Assembly (NCBI GenBank): GCA_964016885.1 | Contig: OZ024742.1 | Location: 234,422,001-234,486,000 of the forward strand | Length of the DNA stretch: 64,000 nucleotides | DNA from: Eledone cirrhosa | Taxonomy: Eukaryota | Reading direction: 5' to 3' | Part shown: positions 25,056 through 39,066 of the stretch, piece after piece | How positions within the stretch are numbered: position 1 is the stretch's first letter | Layout of the letters: each line of letters opens with the position of its first letter | Notes under the pieces: generated by a model | The model's database searches: none | The model's input: only the letters and a program-made list of their open reading frames with translations | Told to the model about the DNA's origin: nothing | Translations under genes and position numbers: made by a program

Positions 25056-28000
25056 ATTAATAATTTATTAATAGTTTCCAAAGTTTATAATCTTTGATAA
25101 TACCTATAATTGTTTAAAATAGTTGACACCTCTCATTTGCAGCGTTTTATTCTCAGGAAACAACAAACTGTTTTTACATTACTACAATGTTTAGTTTGCA
25201 GTTGAAAGAAAGCAGAGAGGGAATTAACAGAATTTTTTTTATCCAGAATATTGGCAACATAACAGTACCAATAATAATGGTTTCTTATATAGGCACAAGG
25301 CCAGCAATTTTGGGGGAGGGGAAAGTCGATTAAATTGACCCCAGTACGTTACTGGTACTTTATTTTATCGACCCCGTAAGGATGAAAGACAAAGTTAACC
25401 TCGTCGGGATTTGAACTAACAGTACCAATAATAATAAATGACAGAATTCAAATTCTATTCATATTATTTTTGATTTTGATCAGTGACAATATTTCTAATG
25501 AAATACACTTTATTTCAAATAACTTATGAAGAATTTTGAGAGATTTACAAAAATTATTATTTCATTATTAAAATAGTAACTGCACATATGGTTCTTATTT
25601 AGAATTATGTTGATGGTGCTGGATTGACAGAATTGGTAGAGCATTAAATAAAATGTCATTGCAGTATTTGTTCTGGTTCTTTATATTCTGAGTTCAGATC
25701 GTTTCACCCTTCCGGAGTCAATAAAATTAAGTGCCAATCAAATACTGGAGTTGATTTAATCAACTTTAACCTCCCCCAAATTTGCTGGCCTTGTACCTAA
25801 ATTAGAAATCAATTTAAATAGGAACCCTTTAAAATGGGTGTTTTTGTTTTATAGAACCAGAGTTAGATTTGGCAAGGTTGATAATAAAAAGGTTAACTTG
25901 ACCTTTTACCTCAGTTACCTTCCAACCATCAAAGATAGTCTATACTGTCACTCAACCTGCTGTAATTAGCAGCTGAATCTCATTCAAATCAACAGCATAG
26001 GAAAGACACATCAGATATTGTAGTTTGGGTTATAAAATATATAGAAATATAAAGATGGAATGAACTTGAGGTTCCATTGATCCTAATATTGCTCAGTCAT
26101 GGCTGACTTGGGGTTAAGTAACAACAACCTTCAATATTAATCATCATCATCATCCTTATCATTGTCTAATGTCCGTTTTCCTTGCTAGCAAGGGTTGGAC
26201 AGGTCGTCTTAGACTGGTCAGTACTCAAGCTGAGCTACTGACTTCTCAAATGGGCTAAGGGTCTGCATTTCACTTACATACGTTGCTGCACTCTATTAAT
26301 TGGTTTGATGGGTGGGGTGCATCTTGCTTACATTTGATCCTGTGCTCCACAGAGTGCATTTTATCATGGCATCAGCACAGAAGAAGTTGTCATGTTTTTG
26401 ATACAGCTGAAGAGTTCTCTCCACTTTCTGTGTAGCAAGTTTTCTATGGCTGCATGCCCATACTAGGATTTAAAAAGGGTGGAGGTGATTCTGGATAGTG
26501 TAAGGGTAAGAATGTGCAGTGATGCAGGGAATAGCTACTAAGGAGGTGGGGTGGCATGTACAGTGATAATGAGGATAGCTACAAAAAAGTGATAGGTGGG
26601 AGGCATATAGATGGGTCTGTAGAAGTAAATTTGCCCAGTAGATATTTTCTTGGACTACTTATACTTAGTAAATGTGTCTTAGGTTCAAATCTATTGACTG
26701 TGTATTTTGGCAGTACAACTTAATTGAGAAAATTGTTGAGAACAAATGTGAGATGATCTGGGAATATTGCCTGCAATACATTAACATGTAATACATGAAT
26801 GTTTATTTCTCATCAATTTAACCTTTTTGATACCAACCTGCCTAAATCTAATCCAGTTCTATGAAGATAAACCTCTTATAAAAATACAATGTTATGGAAG
26901 AATATTTTTGTTAAGCTATGTACTAAACACAAGCTTAATAATATGGTTAGTTATTTTACAAAATTTCTTCAAATTATTGATTATTTACAAAATGAATTGA
27001 AAAACATAGGTATTGTATTTCATTAGAAATACTAGCAGAAAAACCACCCTTTGGGTGGTTTTCTGCTAGCATGTGTAGTGTGCATATTGATATTATACGC
27101 AAGTATATATACATGTAGATATGATACATCAAATAAAATCGTAATTGACAATATACACAGAAATTGAACGAAGACTGTATTACACTGACTTATGTAATCG
27201 GTAACGTAATCCATGATACATAAAAAAAAACGATATTATATATAAATTGCATTAGGAGAAAATTAGTGACGGAAATATATGAATGCTTATTTAAGTGATT
27301 GCTAACCGGAAGTGTTAACATTTGAAAATTTAAAAAAAGTGAATCTTAAAATAAGCTACAAAATTATTTATATTTAATTAAGAATAACGAAATTTAGTAG
27401 ATAAATTATGTAATATTCATTCATTATTTATTCAAAGTAATCCAACTTATTTTACAAATGGGATAAAAAAAATATATTCTGTATGCAGTCCCACACTCCT
27501 TTATTATAATTTAGATGGTAATAAACGGGTTAATGCTATTAAATCAAAGTTAAACACTTCAGTCTTTAAGGACAGCAACTTTGGAACCTTTTAGAAGTGT
27601 CAACAGAAATTAACTGCCCAGTCATTATCAACCAGTTGTGTTTTTTCTTTTTATCTGACATATTTATTTTGACAATGTCCAGCTAAATCCATATTATTTG
27701 TAAAAAGTAAACAGAAATATCAAAGCAAACGTCATAGTTAAATGAAGAAATATATTAGTTTAACCCTTTAGCATTTAAACCAGTTGTATCCGCCCATAAT
27801 ATTTTCACCTCTTTCTGTTCAAACTGACTGTAATCAGCCACTCTTATGTTAAGGTATTGTTCTCAAAATAAATAATATCAAAATCTCACAGATTCGATAT
27901 TATGTGAGATAATTATTTTACCATGAAAATAAAATAGTAAATTTAAAGGATTAGTGCTTGAAATAATAAGAAAAGAGTTTTAATGTTTGGGACACTAGTT

Positions 28001-28154
28001 CGTCATGAGAAGATAGAATGAGGAATAAAAGATGAAATAGAAAGATAAAGCGTGAGAAGAGAAAGAACTCTCGTAAACTGTCGTGTCCTTTACAAAACAT
28101 CAGATATTGTTGATTCCTGATCTCTGTGGACAGAATGGTGACTGCATTACACTG

Positions 28155-28211
<57 letters not shown>

Positions 28212-29434
28212 TGCTGAAAGAGCTAGTTCAACCATTGCTTACTCTTGTGCGGTTGTTCAATTTTTCAATTTATGGATCTGACTTATAGTGTAAGTGGTGG
28301 CTGAATAAATATATAATCCATATAATCCAGTCACTTATTGCCATAACCTAATTTACAGGTAAAAATAGTCTGATAGAATGTGATTAGACTGAGCCTTTGT
28401 ACCATAGGTACAGCTCCTCCAGTGGGCTTTCGCACAGTTTCTGTTACTTTGATTCTCCCTATGCAGCTAGGATTGACTCTAGGCTATGTTAGAAGGCTCT
28501 TGCAAAGGTGCCAAGCAGTGGGTTCTAAGTTGAGACCTGTGATTATGAAATTAACTTATTTATAACTTAACTTATTAATAACATTATTCAGTGTAAAGAT
28601 TGATTTAGTAGTCATTTATAAACCTATAGTTCCTCTCTCTCTCTCTCTCTCATACTCTTCATCTACTTCTCCCTACCCCCTCTATCTATCCATCTATCTG
28701 TCTGTCTGTCTCAAATTACTATTGACAGTTGTGTGTACTCAACACCATAGTAGAGATTAATGGTTTCTTTATTAAAGCCAAATCTGAGTCTTTTTACTCT
28801 AGAGTTTCTCCTGTGTACTCACAGGGTCATCTTAATTCTGTGTACACAGGAGAAACTCCAAAGTAACAAGGCTCAAATTTGGCTTAAATAAAGAACACTC
28901 ACACACACGTGCCCCCCCCCCCCCCTCACTACACACACACAAATGCCATCACTCTAGTCTTTAATTCATTTCTAAGTAGTAGACCATACAAAATTCTATC
29001 ATTCTTTATTCTATTGTCTCTTTCTTTCTTGCTTTTGTTTTTCTATTTCTTGTTTTCCCTTTGTTCTTTTCTTTTCCTTTCTTTTCTTTCTGCTTTCTTT
29101 CCTTGGTGGTGGAGGTGGTGGAGTTCTCCTTTTTTTCTTTCATTCCCTCTTTATTCTTTCTTTCACCTTAATTTTCTTTTTCGGTTTATATCTTCCTCTT
29201 CCTCTCTGTATTTCCTTCTTTCTATTTATCCCACCCTTCCTATTTTCTCTCTATCTATAAACAACATTTAACAATCCCACCTAATACCATATGAACAGGT
29301 TTAAACATGATTGGTTTTTTTTTTTTTTATTCTAACTCATTATCAGCTTCATTTTCTCTGAAATGGTAAGAGAAAGAAAAAAAAGGACAAGGGAAAAGAA
29401 AGAGAGAAAAAACATGTCGCAAAAATATTATATC

Positions 29435-29766
29435 ACATTACACTCTCACTCACACACAGACAGAGACACACAGACACACACATACATAGACAGACAGACA
29501 CACACACAGACAGACGCTCACACACACAGATACACTCACACACACATTCATTCTCACACACACGCACGCACACAGACACAGGCAGACACACAGACAGACA
29601 GACGCACACAGACACAGGCAGACACACAGACAGACAGACGCACACAGACACAGGCAGACAGACAAACACACACAGACAGACATACACACACACACACACA
29701 CACACAGATACACATGCACATACACACTCACACACACACATACACTCACTCACACACACACACACA
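29435..29766. repeat. (CA)n/(CAGA)n compound microsatellite
   Basis: Direct. Confidence 0.95.
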
Positions 29767-30797
29767 AATATGCTTGTTGATTTTTATATCTTTTCTATTA
29801 GAAACAATTATGGCAAGAATTAACTTGCTCCGAGGAAGACTCTACACCAAATTGATTATGGAATAATAGTAGTAGTGGTGGTAGTAGTAATAGTAGTAGT
29901 AGCAGCAATAATAATATTAGCAGTAGTAATAGTGCTTGTAATAGTAGAAGTAATATCATGGTAGAGTTGTGGTAGTAGTGGTGTTGGTGGTGGTAGTAGT
30001 AGCAGCAGCTGTAGTAGTAGTATCGGTGGTAGTGCAGTAGTTGTTTGTTATTTAGCTCAAGGTTATCCCTGATTGAGCTGACCTATGATCAAAGGACATT
30101 CTTGCTGTGACCATTCTGTCACTTTTGAATATCATTGTCCAATATATTGTCCAATGTATTCTTTTTTTTAAAAAAGATAGGATTAAGGTGAGAGAATGTT
30201 ACTAGTATTTCTAGTAGGTTGAGTGACCATGTAGAAGCTACCTTGTAAAGTAGAAGTGGTAATGGTGACGGGGGAGCAGTAGTAGTAGGCTCTTCTATTG
30301 TTGTTGTTATGAAGTTCTAGATCAAAGGTTCTCAACGGGGGGCATATGCACCCCCAGGGGGCGTTTCGGAAATCCAGGGGGGCGTTTGGGAGCAAGATGG
30401 CATTAGGGGGTCGTTTGGAGCTTTGGAGTGCACTGGAAGGCTCTTTACTTTGGTAAGTTTTATAAGCCATATTTGTATGTCTTTGAGACAGCCAGTGTGA
30501 ATGCATTTGAATGAGCATGCAGACAGCATAACTATGGTCTGACCACAGCTGTGAGCAGGTGTGCAGGCATGTTTAGACATTAACCGGCAATTGAGATCCT
30601 AACCATGGAAAAACCCACAGTCAACTGGGCTAAGGACACTTCAATCACAGCCAGTTAGAATCTTGTCTTTCCTTCACCGATAACAATGTATTTCATGTCT
30701 GAAATTATTGACTCAACCGTAACGAGTTAACACTATGTAGATCTATTTTATTTCCTATTGTATAAATAATATTACAAATAAAAAAAAATAATAAAAA

Positions 30798-31082
30798 AAC
30801 ACAAGCGGGTAGCACACACATCTAGGACCACATACAACACATAAGCAGGTAATACACACATCTAGGACTACATGCAACACATAATCAGGTAATACATACA
30901 TCTAGGACCACATACAACACATAATCAGGTAATACAAACATCTAGGACCACATACAACACATAATCAGGTAATACATACATCTAGGACCACATGCAATAC
31001 ATAAGCAGGTAATACATACATCTAGGACTACCTACAACACACAGGCAGGTAATACATACATCTAGGACCAAATACAACACAT
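30798..31082. repeat. 40-bp minisatellite (~7 units) inside the hAT element
   Basis: Unit ACATAAKCAGGTAATACATACATCTAGGACCACATACAAC. Confidence 0.92.
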
Positions 31083-31085
31083 ATT

Positions 31086-32133
31086 GTATCATGTGCTACG
31101 GACGACGCTAGAGCAATGGTCGGCCAACATAAGGGTTTCGTCACTCTTCTGAAGAGAGAAAATCTATCTGTATTTGTTGTTCATTGTGTCATTCATCGAC
31201 AACACTTGGCTGTGAAGAAACTCAGCAAGCCACTTGGTGGCTCTTGATGTCATCAATTTTATCAAACGGCATTCCCTCAATGAACGAATTTTCCGGCAAC
31301 TGTGCCAAGATAATGACGAAGAATTCGTCAAGTTGCTCCTTCATAATGAAGTGAGGTGGCTTTCAAAGGGCAAGTGCCTTACTCACTTCTTTGAACTGTT
31401 TGACTCTATCATTGAGTTTCTGCGAGGATGCAACACAGAACTGTACAAGAAAACCCTCGATGTGAGGCAAAACTGCGCTTACCTCACCGACATCGTCGAC
31501 AAATGCAATAGCGTCATTTTGGCTTTGCAGGGGAAGAAGATCACCTTGCTTAAAGCAAGGAATGCTGTGAAAACATTCCTGGCCAAATTGAATGTCATCG
31601 AAAGGAATCTTTGTTGACGGGAATTCTATAATTTTCCTAGTGTCGCCAATGTTCAAAACATTGTAAGCGATGACCAACTCCAAATTTATACCGCTCACCT
31701 CCGTGCGCTACAAGAAAACATGAGAGAACGGTTTGTCGACCTATTGCCGATGGTCATCCCAATGTGGGTAGCAGATCCCTTCACAGCTAACGTCGATGAC
31801 TTGGACGTTATATTTCAGGAAGAATTCATTGAGCTTCAAGCAGATGATATGATCAAAATTAGATTTCCCAAAATAGGTGAACCCCTTTTTTGGATGCAAG
31901 AGGAAATTCAGCGTCGATTTCCACACCTACGTGCAGAGGCTAAGAGATTTGCTCTCCCTTTTCCAAGCTCATATTTAGTAAAGAGGAGGTTTGGTGCTGT
32001 TTCCAGACTGCACAGTAAGGCTCGCAACCGCTACAATGTAATTACATGTGGAGATCTCCGGCTACATCGTACGAAAATCCAGCCTGACGTCAAAGAGTTA
32101 GCTAGACTCCATAAAGTTCAAGGGTCCCATTGA
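31086..32133 (+). pseudogene. Buster-type hAT transposase remnant (C-terminal half)
   Basis: ATDDARAM, HCVIHRQHL (CxxH), EVRWLSKG, LPFPSSYL, GDLRL motifs; frameshift ~31234, stop 31615-31617. Confidence 0.9.
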
Positions 32134-33599
32134 AATGAGGTCAAAGTTAAAGTAAGTTGATTTATCCGAAAACTTGGATATGCTATTGTCACAAAGCAAA
32201 CTAACAATTTTTTTTATTTGTAGTTGCAGTCTGACTGGACTGGAAACCATCTACTACAATTCACTTACTCATTTGTTGTATATATTTTACCATTTACTAA
32301 TGAAAACCCTCTTCCGTGGTCTCTAAGCTCACAAAGCAGAGGGGACATCAAGTTAGATATCAACATTTATTCTGTCTGTTTCATTAAAAAGAAAATTGGA
32401 AAGCTTTGAAATGATATAATTGCCACTTTCTTCCAGATAATAACTATGGATAGACAGAGTTGCTCTTGTATAAATGTTCAAAATAGTTGGTATCGCCTGG
32501 TGGGAATATAACAAATTCAACTGGTCTTTATTCATAAAAAAGAACATTTATGTTCCTTTTTTTGAAATTTATATATTTCCTTTCAAGGAATGTATTTATA
32601 CTCTCAGCTGCCTGCAATGGTATCTTTGGAATATTGTTAATCAATTTTTTAGTAATCTACAGATATCAAAATCAGTAGTATATTGAAAAATGGAAAAATA
32701 GGGTAGGGGGGCGTTTCGTGATTTCGAGGGACAAAAGGGGGCGTTTGGCCTAAATGGGTTGAGAACATGTGTTCTAGATCATCTCCGATGAAGCCAGACT
32801 ATATAGCACATTGGAACTCAGATGAACTCAGATGAACAACTAGATGCAGCTTATAACTTCTGGTAGAGTTGTAAGGGTGCTGTAGTGACATACAGCATTC
32901 TTGCGGTATTTTAAACTTCTAGTTCCTATCACCTTTCCAGGAGCAGGTCTGAACACAGCTTATTTCTTCCAGAGAAGCGAGAATGATAAGATAAAGTAGG
33001 AAGAAGATATAGAGGAAGAATCAACCTCAGCATTGGACTGCTACTTTTTTATCAACCTTGACAAAACGAAAAGTTGATCTCGCTGGAATTTGAACTTAAA
33101 TCACAGAGAGCTGGAATGAATACTATAAAGCATTCTATCTGATGTTCTAACAACGCTGCCAATTTGTTGCCTTTGCTCATGATTTACAATATGGGAAAGC
33201 TTCCATGCAGTTACTCAATCTGTTAGAAATATGAACCAAATCTCTCATAAAAAATATTGCCCTACTTAAAAAAGGTACCTTCTTGGGAAAATACTGGTTG
33301 TGTGAGTGGTTCTTCAGCAATGTCTTCACATTTTGACTGAGTAAAAATAGAAAACTTTTTTTCTACATAAAATAAATAAAACAAAATAAAATCTGCAGTT
33401 AAAGGAATGCCTAAAGGAAATTTATAAGTTCTTTTTCTCTGGAATTATGTGAATCCAAATACTCCTCAATCTTTTGTTACAAGATAGTGCTAATTACTAA
33501 TAATTAGAATTATAATGATTTATTTATACGTACTATACTGCCTTGAATGCAACAAATACAGGGACTTTTACATTGGTAGTACTGTTAGATCTGTTCACA

Positions 33600-34250
33600 C
33601 TCACATTAAAGAACATACATCTCAATACACATGCATCCTCCTTCAGGAAACACTCAGACAAATGGAAAAACAACAATAAAAGCATAACGGTTACTATTGA
33701 AGCCAGTTGGAGGAACTTGGGCAACCTTAGAATCAAAGAAGGAATACTAATAGCTAGGTTAAATCCTCAAATCAACAACAGATTAAAACTCAGCATGCAA
33801 TACTTAACATAAAAATGCACACTCATAACTTCTGACATAATAAAGCATACATGCATAATAACCAACTCTAACAGACAATTACAACTAGACACACAACATT
33901 TGACATATACATGCATAGACAAGTTCAAACACATGACTCAATTCAGAATAGCTAAACTATCCAATCTATTCCAACTTGGCACAACATTTGCATTAAAAAA
34001 AATCTAACATAAAAACATAAACAAAAGCATACAACATTTGACAAGAACATGCGCACACAACATTATACATGTCAGTCTATGACAACACCACTTCCGGCAA
34101 CTATAAATAGGCCACCACTTACAAATAAAGGAAGAAAGAATGAGCAAATTGGTAACGATAACAGTAGCACAAACTCTGACCCAGTTTCTTATTACAGTCT
34201 TCTAATGAATGGTTTTAGACCAAAAATATTAGGACAAGTAAATAAAATAA
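33600..34250 (+). mobile_element. Old Penelope-like 3' fragment
   Basis: GIY-YIG C-terminus-like LRIKEGILIARLNPQIN; decayed hammerhead (CTAATGA..AAAA) + AATAAA at ~34197-34247. Confidence 0.5.
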
Positions 34251-35021
34251 TAGATGACACACCAATATATTTTTACCTTCAATTTATTCTGAAATCTACC
34301 GTCTATTTTGTATAGTCGTAGCCTGAAACAAAGACAAGATGATAATGTCTTTAACGTTTCATTACCATATTTCTCATGAAAGACACTGCCTATTATTTTC
34401 AAATAATTTTGAAAATAATCAAGAATTTGAAGGGATTTAGTAATATAACTAACTTTCTCATTATTAAGTTTGTATTTGGTGCATAACTTAACAAAGGTTC
34501 TTACATAAAAATATGTTGGAAGGCTTTTAGATAAATGTATGTTGTTGTTAGACCACCATTATTTTTGATGATGAGTGCTCCAGTTGATTTAATCAAGGGA
34601 ACTGCCTTAACACAGTTCTTATGGAGATTCAGCATTACACAATATGTGAAGGAGCTGGCTCCTTCAATTACAACAACTCTGCTACATAACATCGTTTAAC
34701 ATTTTTTTTTTCATGTTAATTGTATATATATATTTTATTTTATTACATAGTATCCTGAAATCTTAAGATGATTTGCTAGACAAAACTTATTGACAGACCT
34801 GCAGTTATGGTCTGTCATTGATTTATCCTTTAGACATAATTGTATGCTACTATTATCCTCCATATTATCTCTTGTATTATCCTTCATATTAACCTTTCTA
34901 ATATGCTGTTATATTTCATATTGTATTATCTTTCAATCATCATCATCATCATCATCATCAGTATCACTAAAGCCACCATCAGTATTACCACAAATACTAT
35001 CTATATTACTATCATAACTTC

Positions 35022-35055
35022 TTACTTCCTGGCCTTTTGGCTAAGATCAAAGTGT
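35022..35055 (+). pseudogene. U2 snRNA 5' fragment
   Basis: TTACTTCCTGGCCTTTTGGCTAAGATCAAAGTGT vs U2 ATCGCTTCTCGGCCTTTTGGCTAAGATCAAGTGT; 20-nt exact core. Confidence 0.75.
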
Positions 35056-35342
35056 TCCAGCTATATAATTATCATCATTATCATTTGTATTACTGTTATA
35101 ATCACCATTCTTATTGTCTTGCAATCAACTATTGCTTTTTATAGCTGACCAAGGTCACACATATGAATTGAATGCATGCACTTATAAACATATACACACA
35201 TAAATTTCTTCCTTTACATACTCTATTACCACTATATATCAGAACATTAGCAACTAGGTTGTAGATGTACCACAACAGACTTTTGATTCATAATAATATG
35301 TAATGTTATTAGAAAATATAACAAAAATGAACATAACAATAT

Positions 35343-35720
35343 ATACTCTTTTACTCTGTTGTTGGTTTCTGGATTGAAGGTATGTTGGAACACTGGCTTG
35401 AATAGCTGGAGTCAATCAGGTCAACCTCAGTCATTATTTGTATTTCAAAGTCTGGTATTCATTTTATTGATCTCTATTTGTCAAACAGTTAAGTTATGGG
35501 ATATAAACTAACAGATAAACACAGGCCTGGACACACATATATATATATATATTTGACAGGCTTCTGCACAATTTCCATATATCAAAGTTCATTCACAAGG
35601 CAATGGTCAACCTGAGGCTGTAGTAGAAGACACTTGCTCGATATATCATACAGGGAGACTGAACCAAAAGCCATGTACTTGTGAAGTGAACTCTTTAAAC
35701 ACACAATCATACCTGTGCCT
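35343..35720 (-). mobile_element. Degenerate SINE (family C)
   Basis: TACTCTTTTACTC tail and shared central domain; related piece at ~28385-28540. Confidence 0.5.
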
Positions 35721-38293
35721 GTATTTATATTATTGAATCCTTTTGAATTGTTATTTTCAAAACTAATGAAAACACAGAGGCAGTGTGTTTCAATAGAAAT
35801 ACAATAATGGAAAGCTTAAATACATTATAAATTCTGACCAGCACCTTCCCAAAATGGTTGACTGAACATACATATGCTTTTTCTCGAAAAAAAAAAAAAA
35901 ATTTTTTTCCCCTCCTCTCACTCTTCTTTTATTTCTCATTCTATCATCTGATGAAGGACTAGCATTTGGAACCTTATGACTCTTTTCGTAAAGTATTAAA
36001 CTCCTTCATTGTACTGTAACATTTTGCAGTAATGATTTCCATTTACTTTTTGCATACATACACACACATGTATTTGGTATAATATGTGTTAGTTAAATAA
36101 CTGACACGCAGGATAGAGCACTTGACGAAGTATACATGTAGATCTGTGTACTCCAGAGCATAAGTATAATAATGAAGTATAAGTCAACAGGGTACAATTT
36201 ACCTTATTTATTTGTTACACAATCCCTGTTATACATATTTAGATGATAACTGTTATGTAACAGTTATGACTTCATCAGGCAGCTATTAAGTAAACAGAAA
36301 GTTACAGGAATAAAAATAAGATGACATGAAAAATAAATTTTTATTTTTATTCATGTCATCTTATGTGATCACTATTTCTGATTGTGTTAACAAGATACAT
36401 TTGGAATTGTTTTTAGTCTTGTTAACTAGCATTTGACTCCACTTAACACTTTTGATACCTAACTGCCTAAAATCACCCCTGGTTCTATTTAATTGTTGAC
36501 TTCTGAGAATGGAAAGCTTAATTTTTAGAGGAGAGAAAAAGTACTCAATAACTCTAAGCTGATGATATTGCTATATTTTAAAATCCATAAACATATCAAT
36601 ATTATTTAAACAACAAATAAGACTATGCATATATACCCAGTACTAAAAAAAAGAGGAATAATAAGGAAGAAAAAAAGGGAGGGATTAATAAAGAAGAAAA
36701 AGGGAGGAGAAAGCCCAAATACTCAATCACACACCAAAAGAGGCACTGGAGCCTCCCTCTAACAATTTTTGAGACAAGCTAACTCACTTGCAATATTGCC
36801 ATAAGGCTGGAATAGCCAAGCTCTCTCATAAGCATCACCTGATACCTTGGTATGGTGAGCTGCCAATGATGACAAGAACCTTATTGTCAATGGCCCAGCT
36901 CCCCAACAGACTGGAAAAAATAGTTTGTCGATAATTCCTGATATTTTAGAATTTTATTTCGTTTAGTATGGATGTAGTGACTTTTACTTTTACCACAACA
37001 TTACAAAGCTATTTATTTAAAAAAAATTATATTTATCTAAAAACTTTCTATCATAATTTTACTTAAGAAACTTTGTTAAGTTATAATCCAAACACCAGCT
37101 TAATTATGAGAAAGTTAATTATATTACTAAATCCCTCCAAATTCTTGTTTATTTCCAAATGATGTGAAAGTTATAAGCAGTGTTGTTTTCAGAAATATGA
37201 TAAGAAAAGGGTTAGCAAGAAAGTATTATTAGAGTTCAGCATAGAGTTACGGCCGTTTACGTCATGAGTTCAAATCCTGCCGAGGTTAACTTTGCTTTTC
37301 ATCCTTACGGGGGTCGATAAAATAAAGCACCAGTAATGCACTGGAGTAATTGCTGGCCTTGTGCCAAAAGTAGACACAATTATTAGAGCAACAGAGTGTA
37401 AGAAGCAATAGATTTCTTGACTAAATGTAATGCAGTATTTTGTTTTGTCTCTTTATGATCTGAGTTCACATTCCACTTTATATTTTTTTAATTCTTTCAG
37501 AGCTGATTGATATAATAAGTATGAATGATATACTACAATTGCTTCGATCAGTTAGACCCGTTCTCCAACAAATGTATGGATTTGTACCTAAATGGAAAAT
37601 CATTATTTCTCTCCGCATTGATTTACTGTCTTTCAGTTATTGTTTCTTCACTGGAATCGATAAAACTTAAGATGTTTATCAATAATTGAATAATATGGAT
37701 CCAAACTCCCAAGGAAGTCGTAGGGGTGCTGCATTGACATACAGCATGTCTAGGGCATTTTTAAAAAATCTGGCGGAGCCCATCTCCTCTCCAGATCTGA
37801 ATACACAGCAGATTTCTTCCAGAGAAGGATAGAGACTAAGAGAATGGAAGTGAGAAAGAAATATAGAGGAACAATTGACGCCAGTATTTGACTGGTACTT
37901 TTTTTTTTATTGACCTCAAATGGAAGAATAGCAAAGTTGACCTCAGCAGGGTTTGAACTTAGAGAGCAGAGATGTGAAATATATACTGCAAAGCATTCTA
38001 TCTGATGTTCTAATGACTCTGCCAATTTGCCACCTCCTTACCAATCTTAAATACTCAATTTTGATTCGCAATACTGCTTCTCTGTTCAAACTAAGAATAT
38101 TTTGTTCTTGTATATTTTGGGTAAGAGATTTGAAATTGTGTGCTTAGATAGAAGATATGTAATTGGTTACATTATTAAGTCTGTCTGAAAATTGTTATAT
38201 ACACAATCTATTAATAAATTAATTATTGAACTAATTGATTATTCACTTTAGTAATTAATTAAATAATCACTTCTTTCTAATGTTGGCATAAAT

Positions 38294-38480
38294 AATTGTT
38301 TCTACTATTGGCACAAGGCCAGCAATTACCCAGTAGATTACTGGTACTTTATTTTATCGACCCTGTAAGGATGAAAGGCAAAGTTAACCTCGGCTGGATT
38401 TGAACTTAGAATGGCAAGGGCCGTAACTCTATGTGTCAAAGCATGGCGTCCGACTCTCTACCGGTACTGCCAATCCACCA
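38294..38480 (-). mobile_element. SINE family B
   Basis: Matches 24212-24397. Confidence 0.75.
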
Positions 38481-38854
38481 AATAATGGTATGTTGTATGA
38501 TAAAAGAAACAGGTACGAAAATATTGATGGCTGCAGTGGTAGGGGGGTGTTGTTGTTACTCCACTTGTTATAAAACAATTTAGTAATTTTCTAGAAGAAT
38601 ATTCTATAAAAAGAAAGAATGAATAAATCTCATCAGCAGGGTTGAGGGTTGGGGGTCTTCAGACACGACTGCCACTCTTCTTCACACATTGCAGTCTCAT
38701 GCCCCAGCTGTAAACCATTCATGCTGTCTTTAGGATGAATAGCATCAGTGACCCTTGAAAAATAATATATATTTAGGCCAAAATCCTGGTTATACATCTT
38801 ACTTCTTGTTCTCACTTTAGCTGTTAATAAGTCAGAAATTTATTCACAGTTGTA

Positions 38855-39066
38855 TAAATAACATTACAAATATGTGTTAAATATGTACATAAATAACATT
38901 ACAGATATGTGTTAAATATATACATAAATAACATTACAGATATGTTTTAAATATATACATAAATAACATTACAAATATGTTTTAAATATATACATAAATA
39001 ACATTACAAATGTGTTTTAAATATATACATAAATAACATTACAGATGCATAAATAACATTATAAAT
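38855..39066. repeat. 35-bp minisatellite (~5-6 units)
   Basis: Unit ATAAATAACATTACARATATGTKTTAAATATATAC. Confidence 0.9.

Larger units (their letters stand above)
30323..32771 (+). mobile_element. hAT transposon, Buster/Charlie type, internally deleted
   Basis: TIRs CAAAGGTTCTCAAC / GTTGAGAACATGTG; 8-bp TSD TTCTAGAT at 30315-30322 and 32772-32779 (NNNTANNN). Confidence 0.92.

Noticed and set aside
27951-28210. Minus-strand (CT)n-CAG splice-acceptor-like site and possible exon
   Set aside because: No recognisable protein or donor site; needs RNA-seq
37748-37875. Coding-like island (similarly 34550-34700)
   Set aside because: No recognisable homology or consistent splice signals
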